DNA of 62,676 nt, filler included, from Sphacelaria rigidula (taxonomy: Eukaryota), in NCBI GenBank assembly GCA_964200075.2. It is 10 parts of 10 records of this genome, joined end to end, with 100 filler letters (N's around TTAATTAATTAA, not from the genome) between each part and the next. Parts side by side here need not be neighbours in the genome. Positions count along the whole stretch, not along the records: positions 50,223 to 56,399 come from CAXNAA020021716.1; positions 56,500 to 62,676 come from CAXNAA020021717.1; 8 more parts are not named here. One strand, given 5' to 3'. The notes beneath the pieces are model-generated. The model was not told the origin of the DNA and ran no database searches. It was given only the letters and a program-made list of their open reading frames with translations. This document shows, piece by piece, positions 50,880-62,676 of this stretch. Position 1 is the stretch's first letter, and every line of letters begins with the position of its first letter. The position numbers and the translations under genes are program-made.

Positions 50880-52470
50880 CAGCGAAAATATGTGTACTTT
50901 ATGCGCCTCGTTCGCGACCTTGTTGTGGCGTTTTGGCAGTGTCCCCTCACGAGGCGCGCTTCTAGTATGAGGAGAAGACGACAATTTGGGTATTCGAAGT
51001 TTTGACAATTTGGGCCGAGACCAACAGATGAGGTCGATCGTTCAGAGACGTATGTCCGAAACATGCATTCGTCGCTTCTGCTTTTTTCAGAATCCCACTT
51101 CTCGCTGACGCCACGGCCGTCCACGAGGTTGCCGGTATCTAGCCAGTCCTCAGTACCACTCTTCACCATTGTGTTCACGTCGACAGCGCTGAGACTCTCG
51201 AACGGACGAGTAGCTACAGGCTTACATTTCCAGGATTTCTCGTCCGCAACGGCATAGCTGGTGGCAGCAGGCTCTCCCGCTGTACCACGAAGAGAGGTCT
51301 CTGCATCTCTCTGACCCCATCCCCCCTCTTCAGTGATGAAGCCGCCCCATCATCAACAACGCCAGACACACGATCACTGTGCCAGCGGTGTTTCCATCGT
51401 CGGCTACTCCATTCAAACCGGTGGCGTTTTCGTCTTCGCTGCAATCACCCTGTAGAAATGCTTGGAGATATAGCTGTACCTCATCGACGCTTTGGCCGAC
51501 ACCGGGGAGGATTTGCTCGCCTCTCAAACGATCTCGGACGACGCGAGCCGACACAAAACTTTCCCCATCGGCCCGGTCCGCGCTTTATCGTTGGGTCCGC
51601 GCTCGCTCGCGACTGCTCTCGCGTCCTCGCCCTCATGCTGTGGAGACTTCTTTGCCACGAGATCTATGGGCGGTGGGGGCTCTGTCCCCCTCGGCACGAC
51701 TTGAGGCGGATGAGACATCGATTGGTGTTGCAGAGGTTGCTGACCCACGATGATGTAGCTTGAGAGTGAGACATCGACGCCGGCATTCGACGCTGTTCGT
51801 TGTTGATGTGGCCGGGTTTCTCTGCTGTCGCGCTTGTACGGTGTAGATCCGCCGATTGGCTACGGCATACTGTCGTCGACGACTTCGTGATTGACACGGG
51901 TGGAGAAAACAATGCTGCATCTGTCACACTGCTCAAGCCATGTAGATCTTCGCGCATAAGGAGTCTCGCGGCAGCGTTGAGATGCAATCGTAGCTCTCCT
52001 CCCTTAAGCAGTGCTTTACCGCCTGTTGGTGATGACATGGTCTAGCCAGCTGCAGGCATATAGTGGGAGCGGCAGTCGATGCTGCAACAGATAATACTGG
52101 CGATACTGGCGATCGACGATGCAGTCCCAGTGCGTGGGTGTGAGGCAGCTTTTGGTTCCGAGCTATCGTTCGTTGTCACTTCTGCAGATGTCCATTTCAC
52201 CGCGTAGCGTGTGTGCGGGAGGGAGTCAGAATCCGACGTACGGGGCGACGTGCGGAGGACTGGGACGTCGTTAGACTCCGCCCCGGATACTGCAGGTATG
52301 ATGATGTTGCGGGCATTTCTTGAAGCAGGGGTCGGTATGGCGCTGATCATGCCATAGTTAGTGATTGTGAGCTTCATGTGCTCGCGTTGGAGTCTTGCGT
52401 TTTTGTCGTCTGGTGCTGTACTTGTTATCGTTGATCCACTCGTGGCAGCTTCCGCGGGCGCTGCCATATT
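50880..52470 (-). pseudogene. Possible decayed coding sequence
   Basis: Chain of protein-like minus-strand frames broken by stops and frameshifts (e.g. FVSARVVRDRLRGEQILPGVGQSVDEVQLYLQAFLQGD). Confidence 0.25.
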
Positions 52471-53135
52471 GCCGTGTTTGGCTATATTTCGGCAAGAGGG
52501 AAATACAAAGGAGGAGCTCTTATTCTCAGCACGCTTCTGCTGTCCGGGTGCTAGCCGTGGAGTCAACGGCCAATCATAGCAGGGAAATGATAGAGGTGTT
52601 CGTCTGGGCTGCTATAAGTGTAATTGATAGGTCCTTGCTGTGGAGACTCGACAGAGTGGAAGGTATATTCTCTTCTTGTATCATTCACTCTGTCAGTCTT
52701 GACTCGCCACTCAAACAGAGACCATATTGTAGACAGCACGCTTATTCCGAGCTCCTACCGAAGTCCAAATGTTAGAAACCAAGTCAAGTGGAACGAGGTG
52801 GGCGTCTCGTGACATGTGCGGTACATCTGTCATGATAGTCTCAATAACGTGAGTGCCCAGTTTCCTATTTACCCCGCTAATCCGAGTGCACTCAATCTGA
52901 CCCAGTCGCACAAGCATCCAACGCTAGCACACATGAACAAGGATCTGGTCCGGGCATATTCGAAAAAAGTACATGCCACTGGCTGTCGCTCACTCGATCA
53001 GTGGGTATACGTCTGTACACACGTTTTCCGTCCAAAAACGCGGCGTGAGCGGTCGCGGTTCGCCCCCGTTGTACCCTCTTGTGCTTGAAGCAGTCTCCGT
53101 ACATACGTTATACTCCATATCATCGGTGTGATTGA

Positions 53136-53166
<31 letters not shown>

Positions 53167-54579
53167 CTTGTCGCACCTCGACGGGTAGAGAGAGAGAAAA
53201 GGTGCCCGCAGCTGTATCTCACCAAGACTGGTCTGGAAGGAGATCTATCTGAACTGTACCAACACCAACATGACATATGTATCCATGCTTGTGTGCCAAG
53301 GAGAGATGGCTCGAGCCCTTGAGACCACGACGTCGTCCTGAGGCGGGTGGTGGTTCGAAGTGTGACAACAAACGAAAAATACTTGGGGTATAGAAGCTAG
53401 CGCTACATAGTCGACCTGCTGTGTGATGCTGTAGACGCGCTGCCGGAGGGTGCTGTAGCGCAAGCAACAGAAGCGCAGCATGGGTGGTCAACTCACGTTA
53501 AGACGCCGTCACGCAACCTCACAGTGATTTTGCTTATGTCGTGCTCTGGGTTTCATGGACACATTTCTCCACCGTTTCAAGCAACCCTTTTCATCTTCGT
53601 TCCTTGCGCGTGAGACCGTCTGAAACACTTTGGAATACTATCACCGATTGGCAGTGTTCCGGCGTCATGGGGGGGAATGATTCAGTGAAGATAATATCCA
53701 ATCAAGATATTTTGAATCTTCGTGGTGAGCGTTGTCGGAAACCAGGTCCCACCTGCTGCTCCCTTCGTGCAGCCAGGACTTTCATGGGACTAAAAGCAGC
53801 TCAGTTCTATTTCCGCTGTACGAATGACTTGATTGGATTGAGGAGTCCAGGTGCACTTTCTCGATAGCAACCTAATCTTTGCGGTGAAATCCATCAGGAA
53901 AATCCCCGACCTCTTCCGACTCGACACTGTACGGATATGCGACCACCCCCGACCATGAAACACACTGTACCAAAGAACAAATGCCATCAAGCACACGGGA
54001 AGCTAAGGGGGGGGCATGCTCACGCCACGGCGGAGTGACGCGGCAATGAACGGCAGAATTTACCACACCATAGGCATTGCAATGCTGTGCTGTGACTGGC
54101 CGATATGGGATATGACCCCGTTATTGAGTTCACCGAGAAAGCCCCCGGAAGGAAGCCCACCAAAACCCCGTTGTCTGCCTGGTATTCGCAAGAACAGGGA
54201 CTCTCGTCGTTGGATTATCATGTGAACTGCAATCCACCACATATACGAATTGCACAGCAGTCAGCCAAACGTTCTGGTGAGAAGTGGATATTCAAATAGG
54301 ATACCATACGAGCAAGCAAGCCTCACTCCCGAACAAGATTCATCGGGAAGGACTCGAAGGACCAGCGGAGGTAAGAAGTTGTCCAACGTCGTTGACCTAG
54401 GTCCGAGCAGCGAGCAAGGAGCAGGGGCGGTTGCTGGAACGCATCGGAGAGACACACCTCACACGTATAGTCATCTCGCACCAAGAACCAATACTAGAAC
54501 CAAATGACATGCACGGCACAACAGGACACAAACTTGCACAGGAATCTGCCCAACCAGCCCCTGAAAAGTCATATGAACG

Positions 54580-54947
54580 GTGTGTGTTATTGTGTGTGTT
54601 GTCGTCCCATTTATTCTGGGCACCAGTCTACACCTTTCGGTATATGTGAGCGCATCAGCCGGGGACACACAGGAGGAAGGTCAACACAGGAGATTTTTAT
54701 TTTTCATTTGTTTTTAATATCCCACCTTCCTTCTGCGGTACTTGCCTTTATTTTGTATCGCGAGAGGGGTTCAGCAATCCCTTTTCCTCGTCAACCGTTA
54801 AGTCGAACTTTGTGTACCCACGACATAGTCGCTCTCCACTGTTGAGTATGGTGTGAGAAAAGATTCCAGATCACTCCGGGAATCGAACCCCCCTACTCAA
54901 CCATCAGAAGGTTACGAGGTTACCAACTGAGCCACCGGGGCGACCGG
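54580..54947 (-). mobile_element. tRNA-derived SINE, full length
   Basis: A box and canonical B box GGTTCGATTCC on the minus strand; (AC)n tail. Confidence 0.87.
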
Positions 54948-56399
54948 ATAACGGTACTCAGCAATATACCCAGAACAAGTAACACGCGACATCGTCCGTT
55001 GCAGCCCCCGACCACTAAATCGACCAACAACCTGCCGAGCACTAGCTGATGCTCCGTGAAACCGTGCCACCATCACCTCAATCATGCACAGCTCGGAATC
55101 TTTACTATCCAACGCTCAAATGAAACACATACAATGTAAGCAGACGGAATCAACCATCAGTGCCATCCGAATCCCTTACTGTCCCAGTAGTGACATTAGA
55201 TCCATCTGTTCGATGGCGGTACTAGTGCACAGGTATGCGGAACAATGATATATGGTGTCATTTCATTCGTATCCTCTCCTCCAAATATCATCACAACCCG
55301 CATCTACCTGAACGATGTTCTTCTCTTGTGTGATCGATTCTGATGATTTGCGTTTTCCCCCCCGATAACGACCAGCCAGTAACAAGGTGTTCTTGGTCGT
55401 CCGTGCATCCCAGCCTGAAAGGATTGACATGGAAGGCATGACTCCAGTTTACGCAATCGTTGATCAACATAATGACCTTTGTCGTAAGTGTAGCCCCTGT
55501 CTATCCCGCAGCTGTGAGCGAATGTCTTGTGCATAACCCCTTCAGCGATCGACGCGCGACGACAATCGCACATGCAGGTACAGCATACTAGCTTTGTTGT
55601 TTGTCATTTCGCGGAGGCTGAACCAATCACATGTGCAAATTATGTAAAGGCTGCGGCTGCTGAAAGGATTGAACACCTCACACAGCAAAGGGTACCTGTG
55701 CTTGGTTTATGAGTGCACGGGAATTGCTGAAATCTGTCGATTCCGTTGTGTTCGGTTTTGTTCGCGTGGGCATTAGACCTAGATGTAAAACTCCAACGTA
55801 TATTCCCCCTTAACAACTGTGCACTTGTGTCGTGTTTGATGTGGTCGTGGCGCGCTTCCTCGCAGTGCACCATTTTATAGCGGAGTAAGGCGATTGTCGC
55901 GAGATCTTGATGGGTTGAGCAGACGACGGACCCGGACAGGGTGCTGCATCGCCGTGCTTTTCATCAATTTTCCACATGTCATCCGCTTGTGTACAGCTCT
56001 ATCTGATACTTCTCTCTCTGAATCTCAGCCCTAAGCCCCAACTATTATGCTTACGAAATAAAGCCGCGGAGCCGTTCTCGCTCGACTGACACTGGCTATA
56101 GTACTGGTTCCCGGTCGTGCCTTTGGGTACTTTGTACCGAACTGTACTGGATCCTACCAGGCTGGTTGACTACATAACCGAGAATGTACGTATGATATCT
56201 ATGTCCAACACATAATCCCCCATGATCGTAGAGCGATAATACGAGACAGCTGATACGACCATACGCAACGTGCTAGATACGAGACAAATGAATATTCCCA
56301 TTCAATACCATAGCAGCCACGTGGTGGACCCGGACCCTCCAGACTCGTCCCGACTTCCGCCGCCTTTCCCATTTTGAAATCCTGCGTCGAGACCCATGG

Positions 56400-56499
56400 N
56401 NNNNNNNNNNNNNNNNNNNNNNNNNNNNNNNNNNNNNNNNNNNTTAATTAATTAANNNNNNNNNNNNNNNNNNNNNNNNNNNNNNNNNNNNNNNNNNNN
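56400..56499. other. Artificial contig linker
   Basis: N44-TTAATTAATTAA-N44. Confidence 0.97.
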
Positions 56500-56855
56500 C
56501 AATGAAATGAGGTTCGACCTCAAAACAGTACTTTCTCCACGCTTTCAGCGATGGTGCCCTATGACTTTCTTGTCGGCCTGATGCCCCTCGATCGCGTAGA
56601 TACTTCTTCAGCGCATTTCACCGACTCTGTGGGCTTACAGCGCTGTCCGAAACCGCCATTTCTTCTTATTTTTCAGGGGGGGTGATATCAGGGAAAACAG
56701 CAGTTTCGGTCAGCGCTGTAAGCTCAAAGAGTCGGTAAAATGCGCTGAAAAAGTATCTACACGATCGAGGGGCATCAGGCCGACAAATAAGTCATTGGGC
56801 ACCATCGCTTAAAGTGTGGAGAAAGTACTGTTTTGGGCTCGAACCTCATTTCATT
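56500..56855. repeat. Long inverted repeat (foldback/MITE), left end cut by gap
   Basis: Arms about 56500-56660 and 56695-56855; fragment of the same family at 25342-25380. Confidence 0.9.
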
Positions 56856-59800
56856 GACGAACCTCGTTTTATAGAATCCTCTGTTATAACGTAAATGCTT
56901 CGTCTTGTGTCTCGTTCGAATCACGTGTTTCATACTGCCTATACTGCAGTATGGTTGCGTGCTAGCATTCCCTGACAAAAGCTACGCTTCCCGCGCGTCG
57001 TACACAGTTCATGATAACGAGAGCATGTCGGTGGCGTACATATATTGCATATCCGTTTTTGAACTGGTACGGTATATACTATTTGGTACTGTCGTGGTCG
57101 AGTCTCAGGGTGGTGTATCAAGCTCGTGGAACATAGGCTACTGAGGGTGGTGTTACACCAGCGGCCAGCATAACCGTTACTGCAGCAGACAATTGTGTTG
57201 CACCGGAGACTCACCGAAGAGTTCGGGTCAAACAGCACTGCATGCGTCATGCAAAACACAGGCTCACGTTCACGTGCAGGAGAGGTGCTCTTGACTTGCT
57301 TGCAAGCGAGATGTCTCCAAGTGTTGGCTGATAGCTTTGTCATTAGGCATGGCTACTGGTTAGCTACAACTGAAGTTGCTGGGTGATGGAAGTTGTGAGA
57401 GCGAGGGGCTCCGGTGAAGGACGCCCAATTGGAATACAACACCAACATGCGAATGGAAGAAGACCTACTGCACCTGCCACGCGTACTGCAAAACGCCTAC
57501 TACACATACAGTCGATATCCGCCGTAACATCCCCCTCCGTTGCTTTGTGCACGCTGCTAATGGAAGGTAAGGAAAGTCACGGCTTAATGCACTCCGGGGG
57601 AATTCCTTCTACTGTGTATACCATCAGCCTAAGATCACGTTAACGACGAGAAAACCGCGGGATTTCGGGGCTAAGACTAACCGTGGGGAAAACTCGTCAT
57701 GAAATCGGAAGGATGGGCAAAACCTGGTTTTCAGGGAAAAGCCTCATCGCTTGGGGAAAAAATCTTTCACGCCCTTTCGAATCATAGCGAGTGCTTTCGC
57801 ATGTGCTATGTCGTCCCGGGATTCCAGTTACACTGGGAACAGAAACCACGGAGAATAGCCGGTGACTATTTTTCGATGGCAACGGCGCTTAGACACCCTT
57901 GATTGATTTACACCAATCCCGGGTGGTGTAGGACTCGCAAAAATAGCTGACCCACTAAAAACAAAACAAGAAAGCGCTTACTGGTTGATGGGAGTGCGAA
58001 GGTTTTTCTCTCACCGACCAGCAGCAACTGACCTCGTGGACACCTGGAGACTCCTATATATTAGATCAACAGTTCTGTCATGGTGCAGTGTCCAAGCAGG
58101 TACTCGGTACCCACCCTTTTTGTACACTGCTTACTCCACGATATGAATTGCTCTACTCGAAAGGGGTGGGGCACCCTAAAATCGGATCAACGTTCTCAGA
58201 GGACGAAGAAACGTGATGAACGAACCGGGTACATGAAACAAAGGGTAGGATCAGATCTGACAAAACCAAGAAATAAATAATCTCCATGGAATGCAAGACC
58301 GGGATAATAAAAACAAAGAGCGGAGCAAGATCAACTCCGCGAAAAGGTGGAGAGGGAAAGAGAAACAGAAAAATAGTGCTGGAGGAACGAACCAGGCCCA
58401 CAACAAAGGAAAAGAGGAGGAAGGAAACTAAAACATGAAGGGAAACTAGGAAAAACATACCACGTCCCTAGTACAAAAAAACAGTTCATGAAACATGAAC
58501 ACAGATCAAAATAATAAAAAAATGAAAAAGCCTGAGACGAGAAAGAGGATCAGGTCCTACGAAATCATAAGAAACCAGAACAGTTGAGGGAAAAAAAACA
58601 AATGGAATCCAGACTGGAAAACCGAACAGAGAAAACAAAAATGAGGGTCCAAGGGGGAAGTTCTGATCCGAAAAAAACAAGGCAAACAAATCGAGAAGGT
58701 GGTCCCCCCCCAAAAAAAAATCAAGATCAAACGTTATAAGGTGAGAAAATAAAGCCGGGAGCGATACAAGGTGTATAACCGAGCTTATGATCAACAGGAA
58801 GACACGAATGAAAACAGACCCGAAGAGAGTAGGAAAAAACTAAATACTGAACAGCTGTTCCCATGAAGAAAAAGAAACAGTACTGAACTACTTAATTACT
58901 GAATAAAAAAATAAGTACAGATGAAAAGCGCTGCTCGCTCGTGTCATACACCACAAAACGGCCTCCTGCTTTCCTTTGTACAATATTAATGCTTTTCTCT
59001 GCTTCGCTCGCTCAATGCCATCGGCTTGCTCGTCTCGGCCACTTACTCACTTGAAGACTCCGCGCAGCCTTCGTCGTCTCATCACTCTCCCAAAGCGTTC
59101 ACCGTCGTCGAACACTCGTCCTTTTTGCTGAGCTCCGTCAAAATTCTCTCGGAATGCGAAACCTATGGGGAACAAGTTCAGAACATCACTGCACGACAGA
59201 GGGACATGGCGTGATCGGGCGGGGTAGCATACTCAATTCCTTGGCTGGGTAGTGCAGATGCCAAAGGCCGTGGAACCCGTCCACTTGGGAAGCATCAGGC
59301 TATTCAGGGCTCTGCTTCCTGGTAGCCTCTCTGACATTGCTCCATCCTGGGCCTTTGCTCGCTATTTTTAATCCTGTTATTTCTGGATTTAGACTCGCGA
59401 CGGTGTTTCAGGGTGAGGAGGTTGGGTGTGGGGTATTAAAGGTTGGCGTCGCCTGAAAGTCTGGTGTTCAAGCAGACTAGGCGGACCCGTCAGCGATTGA
59501 ATATCTCAGGTGGGGCGGGTAACGGTATGCGGTTCGCCCTATGGCGGACTATCTTGCGCGTACGTATTTTGTGTCCTTCCATCACCACCTCCAGATCGCG
59601 TGCCATCATCAATCCTTGCCAACGTTTCATGTACCGTGTACTAGTGCTGCAGTTTCCTGCCGATGCCATCCCGACGTTGAGATTTCTCTCCGGGTCCATC
59701 ACCAGTCTTACCTCGCATAAAGATGCTACTCGCGCTGTTATACGAAATGGTCTGGTTGTATACTCGGTTCGCTTCTTGTGATATAAAAGAAAGTCAGCTT

Positions 59801-60540
59801 AAATATATGCGTGGTTTTGCGTTGACGCGGCAACTCCGGGAGGGGAGCAGCGTGTCAAGCAATGTGCGCTTGGTTCAAGGAGTCAATGAGACGTGTTCAC
59901 CCCACATGAATTGCAGAGCTCTGACAATATATTCAGCATACATCCTCCAAGTCTCACGACTGCGTCCTTACCGCGTGTCAGATCTGACGCTTCGGAAAGC
60001 GATGCCTTCTTTCCGTCACCTGCCCGAATGGGTAACTACCTCCACGCCAGACTCTTCGTCTCTATTCAGCGAATCTTTCGAGGAGCACCGGAAGTTAGGC
60101 ACCTTCTGTAGGGGTACTGACTACCCCGTTGACTTGTTTTGATAGCTGTGGAAAATCAATTGGGGATCGAGAAGCGAGGTCAAGTGCCTGCAGATGTATG
60201 TGTGTGTGAGAGTAACATTACCTCAATTGTTGGCAAGTTGATCACCTCGTCCCATGTGTCTACCGCACGCCCCTACCTGATGGCCGTTTCGCGACTGCTT
60301 AACCTCTTGGGCCTCCTACAACGGCATGTCAGCACATCTTGCCTGATGTATTTCGTACTTGTTGACGAAAGGGAGCGGTCACGCATGTGGAAAGGGTGGC
60401 GCCTACTGCTAAATTTTCGAGTGCTAATCATTATTGTGGAACCGCAGACAGGTCCCCAGTATCGACTCCCAGGTATCGATTTTATTTCGTTCTCAGATCG
60501 CCTCTCATCTACCGTTTCGGCAGTCGTTTTCCCCCAGGTC

Positions 60541-61453
60541 CAATGATTATATGGGGATTTCAGAAACAGTAGAAGGGTTGCAAAAACAGATAGACAAGGC
60601 GCAAGAATATACTAGGCAATGGAGAGTGACAGCGAACAGCGAAGGAGAGTGACAGCGAATGTGAAAATATGCGCGATACTCGTCTGTAACGAGGATGAGC
60701 AAAATCCACTCGGGTTCAGGTTGAAGTGGAGAGGGGGGGAAATGTCGATTCGAGACCAATTATACATACCTTGGCGTAGAGATCTAAAAACACTGTTCTT
60801 GGGATGCACAAATTGACAAGGTAATACAAAAGGGTAAGGCACAGCTAGGAAGGATGAACGTGATCCTCAGAGACCCACACCCAGACACCAGGATTGAGAT
60901 ATGTATCCTGACGAACTTGATCGTACCACAGCTGGAATATGCAGGAGAAGTATGTGAGTGAAACGTAAAGTTGGTGAAGAAGCTAGAAACAGTACAGAGA
61001 GCAGCAGCAAAGAAGACATTTGGATGCTCGTACCCACAAATAACGAAACTGAAACACGCTCCGAGAAAAAGGAGGAACAGAAAAAAATAAAGAAGTATAC
61101 CAGTAATCGGAAAGAGGAGGAAGTTGATAGACGAAACTACTTTTGTGGCAAAGCAATCGAGAGCAGAAGTCGTAAAATGGCGCAATGTGAACTGTACAAG
61201 GAGGAACAGCACGTGCTAGAGGGGGGAATGTGGGACGTGAACGAAGGAGGCATGAAATCGTCTGATGTATTAGCTACGTAAAAGGTTTTTGCGCAGAGTA
61301 TGGGAGATGCGTAATGAGCTGTGGAAGAAGCGTAATGCGCGCTGGAATGTTGAAGGTGTCTCTATTTCGAGTAGGAGCGGTGCTCCGTCTCGAAAGGGAT
61401 GCGTGGTCAATGGTCAAACGACTAAGGCAATAAACAAGTGAGTACGCCCCCCC
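60541..61453 (+). mobile_element. 5'-truncated degenerate LINE (family A)
   Basis: DYMGISETVEGLQKQIDKAQEYTRQWRVTAN, co-linear with 6650-7150; CG.AIESR..AQCELYKEE knuckle remnant; ends GAGTACG-C7. Confidence 0.88.
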
Positions 61454-62606
61454 TCAGATTCGATTGCACCTGTTCTCTCAAAGGGTCTCCTTGCTGGCGA
61501 TCAAACTGGATGCGTGGTCAGGGTCTACAGAGCACGATCATTCGCCACTGTGTCCAAGTCGAGGTCTGTCGGATGAAGTAGGCGTGTCCCCCCCTGCGGA
61601 GAGCACTTCGCCTACCTTCGTTCCTTCGCTAACTGTGCGGAATGACCAGTACTCACACTTGTTACGGAACCGTGATCGGTGCTGTTCGGGCGGTCTCGAC
61701 CACTTGGGGAGCTACGTGACGCTACTCGACAAAAAAGTGGCGTTGATTTGCTGCGAATGGAGTACAGTACTCTCAAACAAGGGGTATTTGTAGCTCACCG
61801 TTGTTGGTGACCAGAACCTGCTTCGGGTCCGTGGAGAACAGCCCAGTGTCCAGAGCCCAGCAGGACGCCCACCAGCTCCCGTTTCTCCGATTCACCCACC
61901 TGTTAACCTTACGCTACAATCTTTCCGATATAGGGTTACACCCCCTTCTCAGATGCCTAGACACCGCCATTGGCTACGATTGGTGTAGCCACTGTCGATG
62001 CCCGATCTCACCCGTTATCCCGAGTTGACTTTCGTTGCGCTTAGTGGTCGTCCCTGGAGTTTGCCATCCCAGGTTTCTCAAGGCAAATGTACCTGGGGTG
62101 TACTTTCGTGCGTCAGGCAATGGCTCTAGCAAAACATTTGCCAAAAACACACCATGGATGGGCGGGGCTGTAGCTTGCAACATGAGGGTAACAAAACACA
62201 TCATAGCGAAGATGGCTGTAGAGTAAAATTGCCACGGGGAGTAGAGAATATAACTGAAAGTGTAGAAAGAGAGGAGACAGACGGCGGAAAATCAAGGGGT
62301 ACCATACGGCAGACAGGGGGGCAAAAAGGGGAAGGAAAATATAGAAATGATAGAGTCGGTGAAAGGAGAGAATGACGCAAGTAGTGCACCATGGGCTACG
62401 ACTGCTAAATGCAGACGATGAGGGAAAGGGATCACCAGTATAAAAGAGCTGACAGCGAAAGAGGAAAAATTCAACAGCAAAAAATACCAGCGGGAGAGGA
62501 TATAAACATGGTATGATGCGATACCAACGACCATGGTATGACTCGCGGCATTGCGCAAGCACTTCAGGGCGACAGAAGCGGGAAAACTCAAACAGCAGAA
62601 GCGGTA

Positions 62607-62676
62607 GGGGCGGATGGGGAGGGGGGGCGTTCCCATGTGTTGCTTGCCTTAGTCGTTTGACCATTGACCACGCATC
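62607..62676 (-). mobile_element. Family A LINE 3' end, cut by window edge
   Basis: G-rich run plus TTGCTTGCCTTAGTCGTTTGACCATTGACCACGCATC. Confidence 0.8.

Noticed and set aside
59220..60140. Second LINE RT on the minus strand
   Set aside because: Only a faint hint of an RT-start motif; too decayed to support.

Overview
Eukaryotic, repeat-rich DNA, most likely from a brown alga (Phaeophyceae). That is an inference from the FTO gene, an ASAFAP-type plastid signal, long introns and TTAGGG-like motifs. The window is not one locus: it is ten unrelated contigs of 6179-6177 bp, sorted by size and joined by 100-bp N44-TTAATTAATTAA-N44 linkers. Spliced partial genes: a kinesin-14/KCBP-like motor with degenerate switch I/II (minus, 15405-18596); an FTO m6A-demethylase homologue (plus, 21339-24155) head-to-head with a probable plastid-targeted gene; and a cyclic-nucleotide-binding domain gene (minus, 31733-36536). 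The rest is mostly mobile DNA. The most striking patterns are (i) a LINE family ending in GAGTACG plus a poly(C) tail, inserting at C-tracts, with a non-autonomous partner sharing its tail, and (ii) an intact 1043-bp TRIM with a retrozyme-like layout. Also present: a tRNA-derived SINE, chromodomain Ty3/gypsy remnants, mariner/piggyBac/hAT/Helentron-like non-autonomous elements and long foldbacks. No CRISPR, rRNA or intact tRNA gene was seen.
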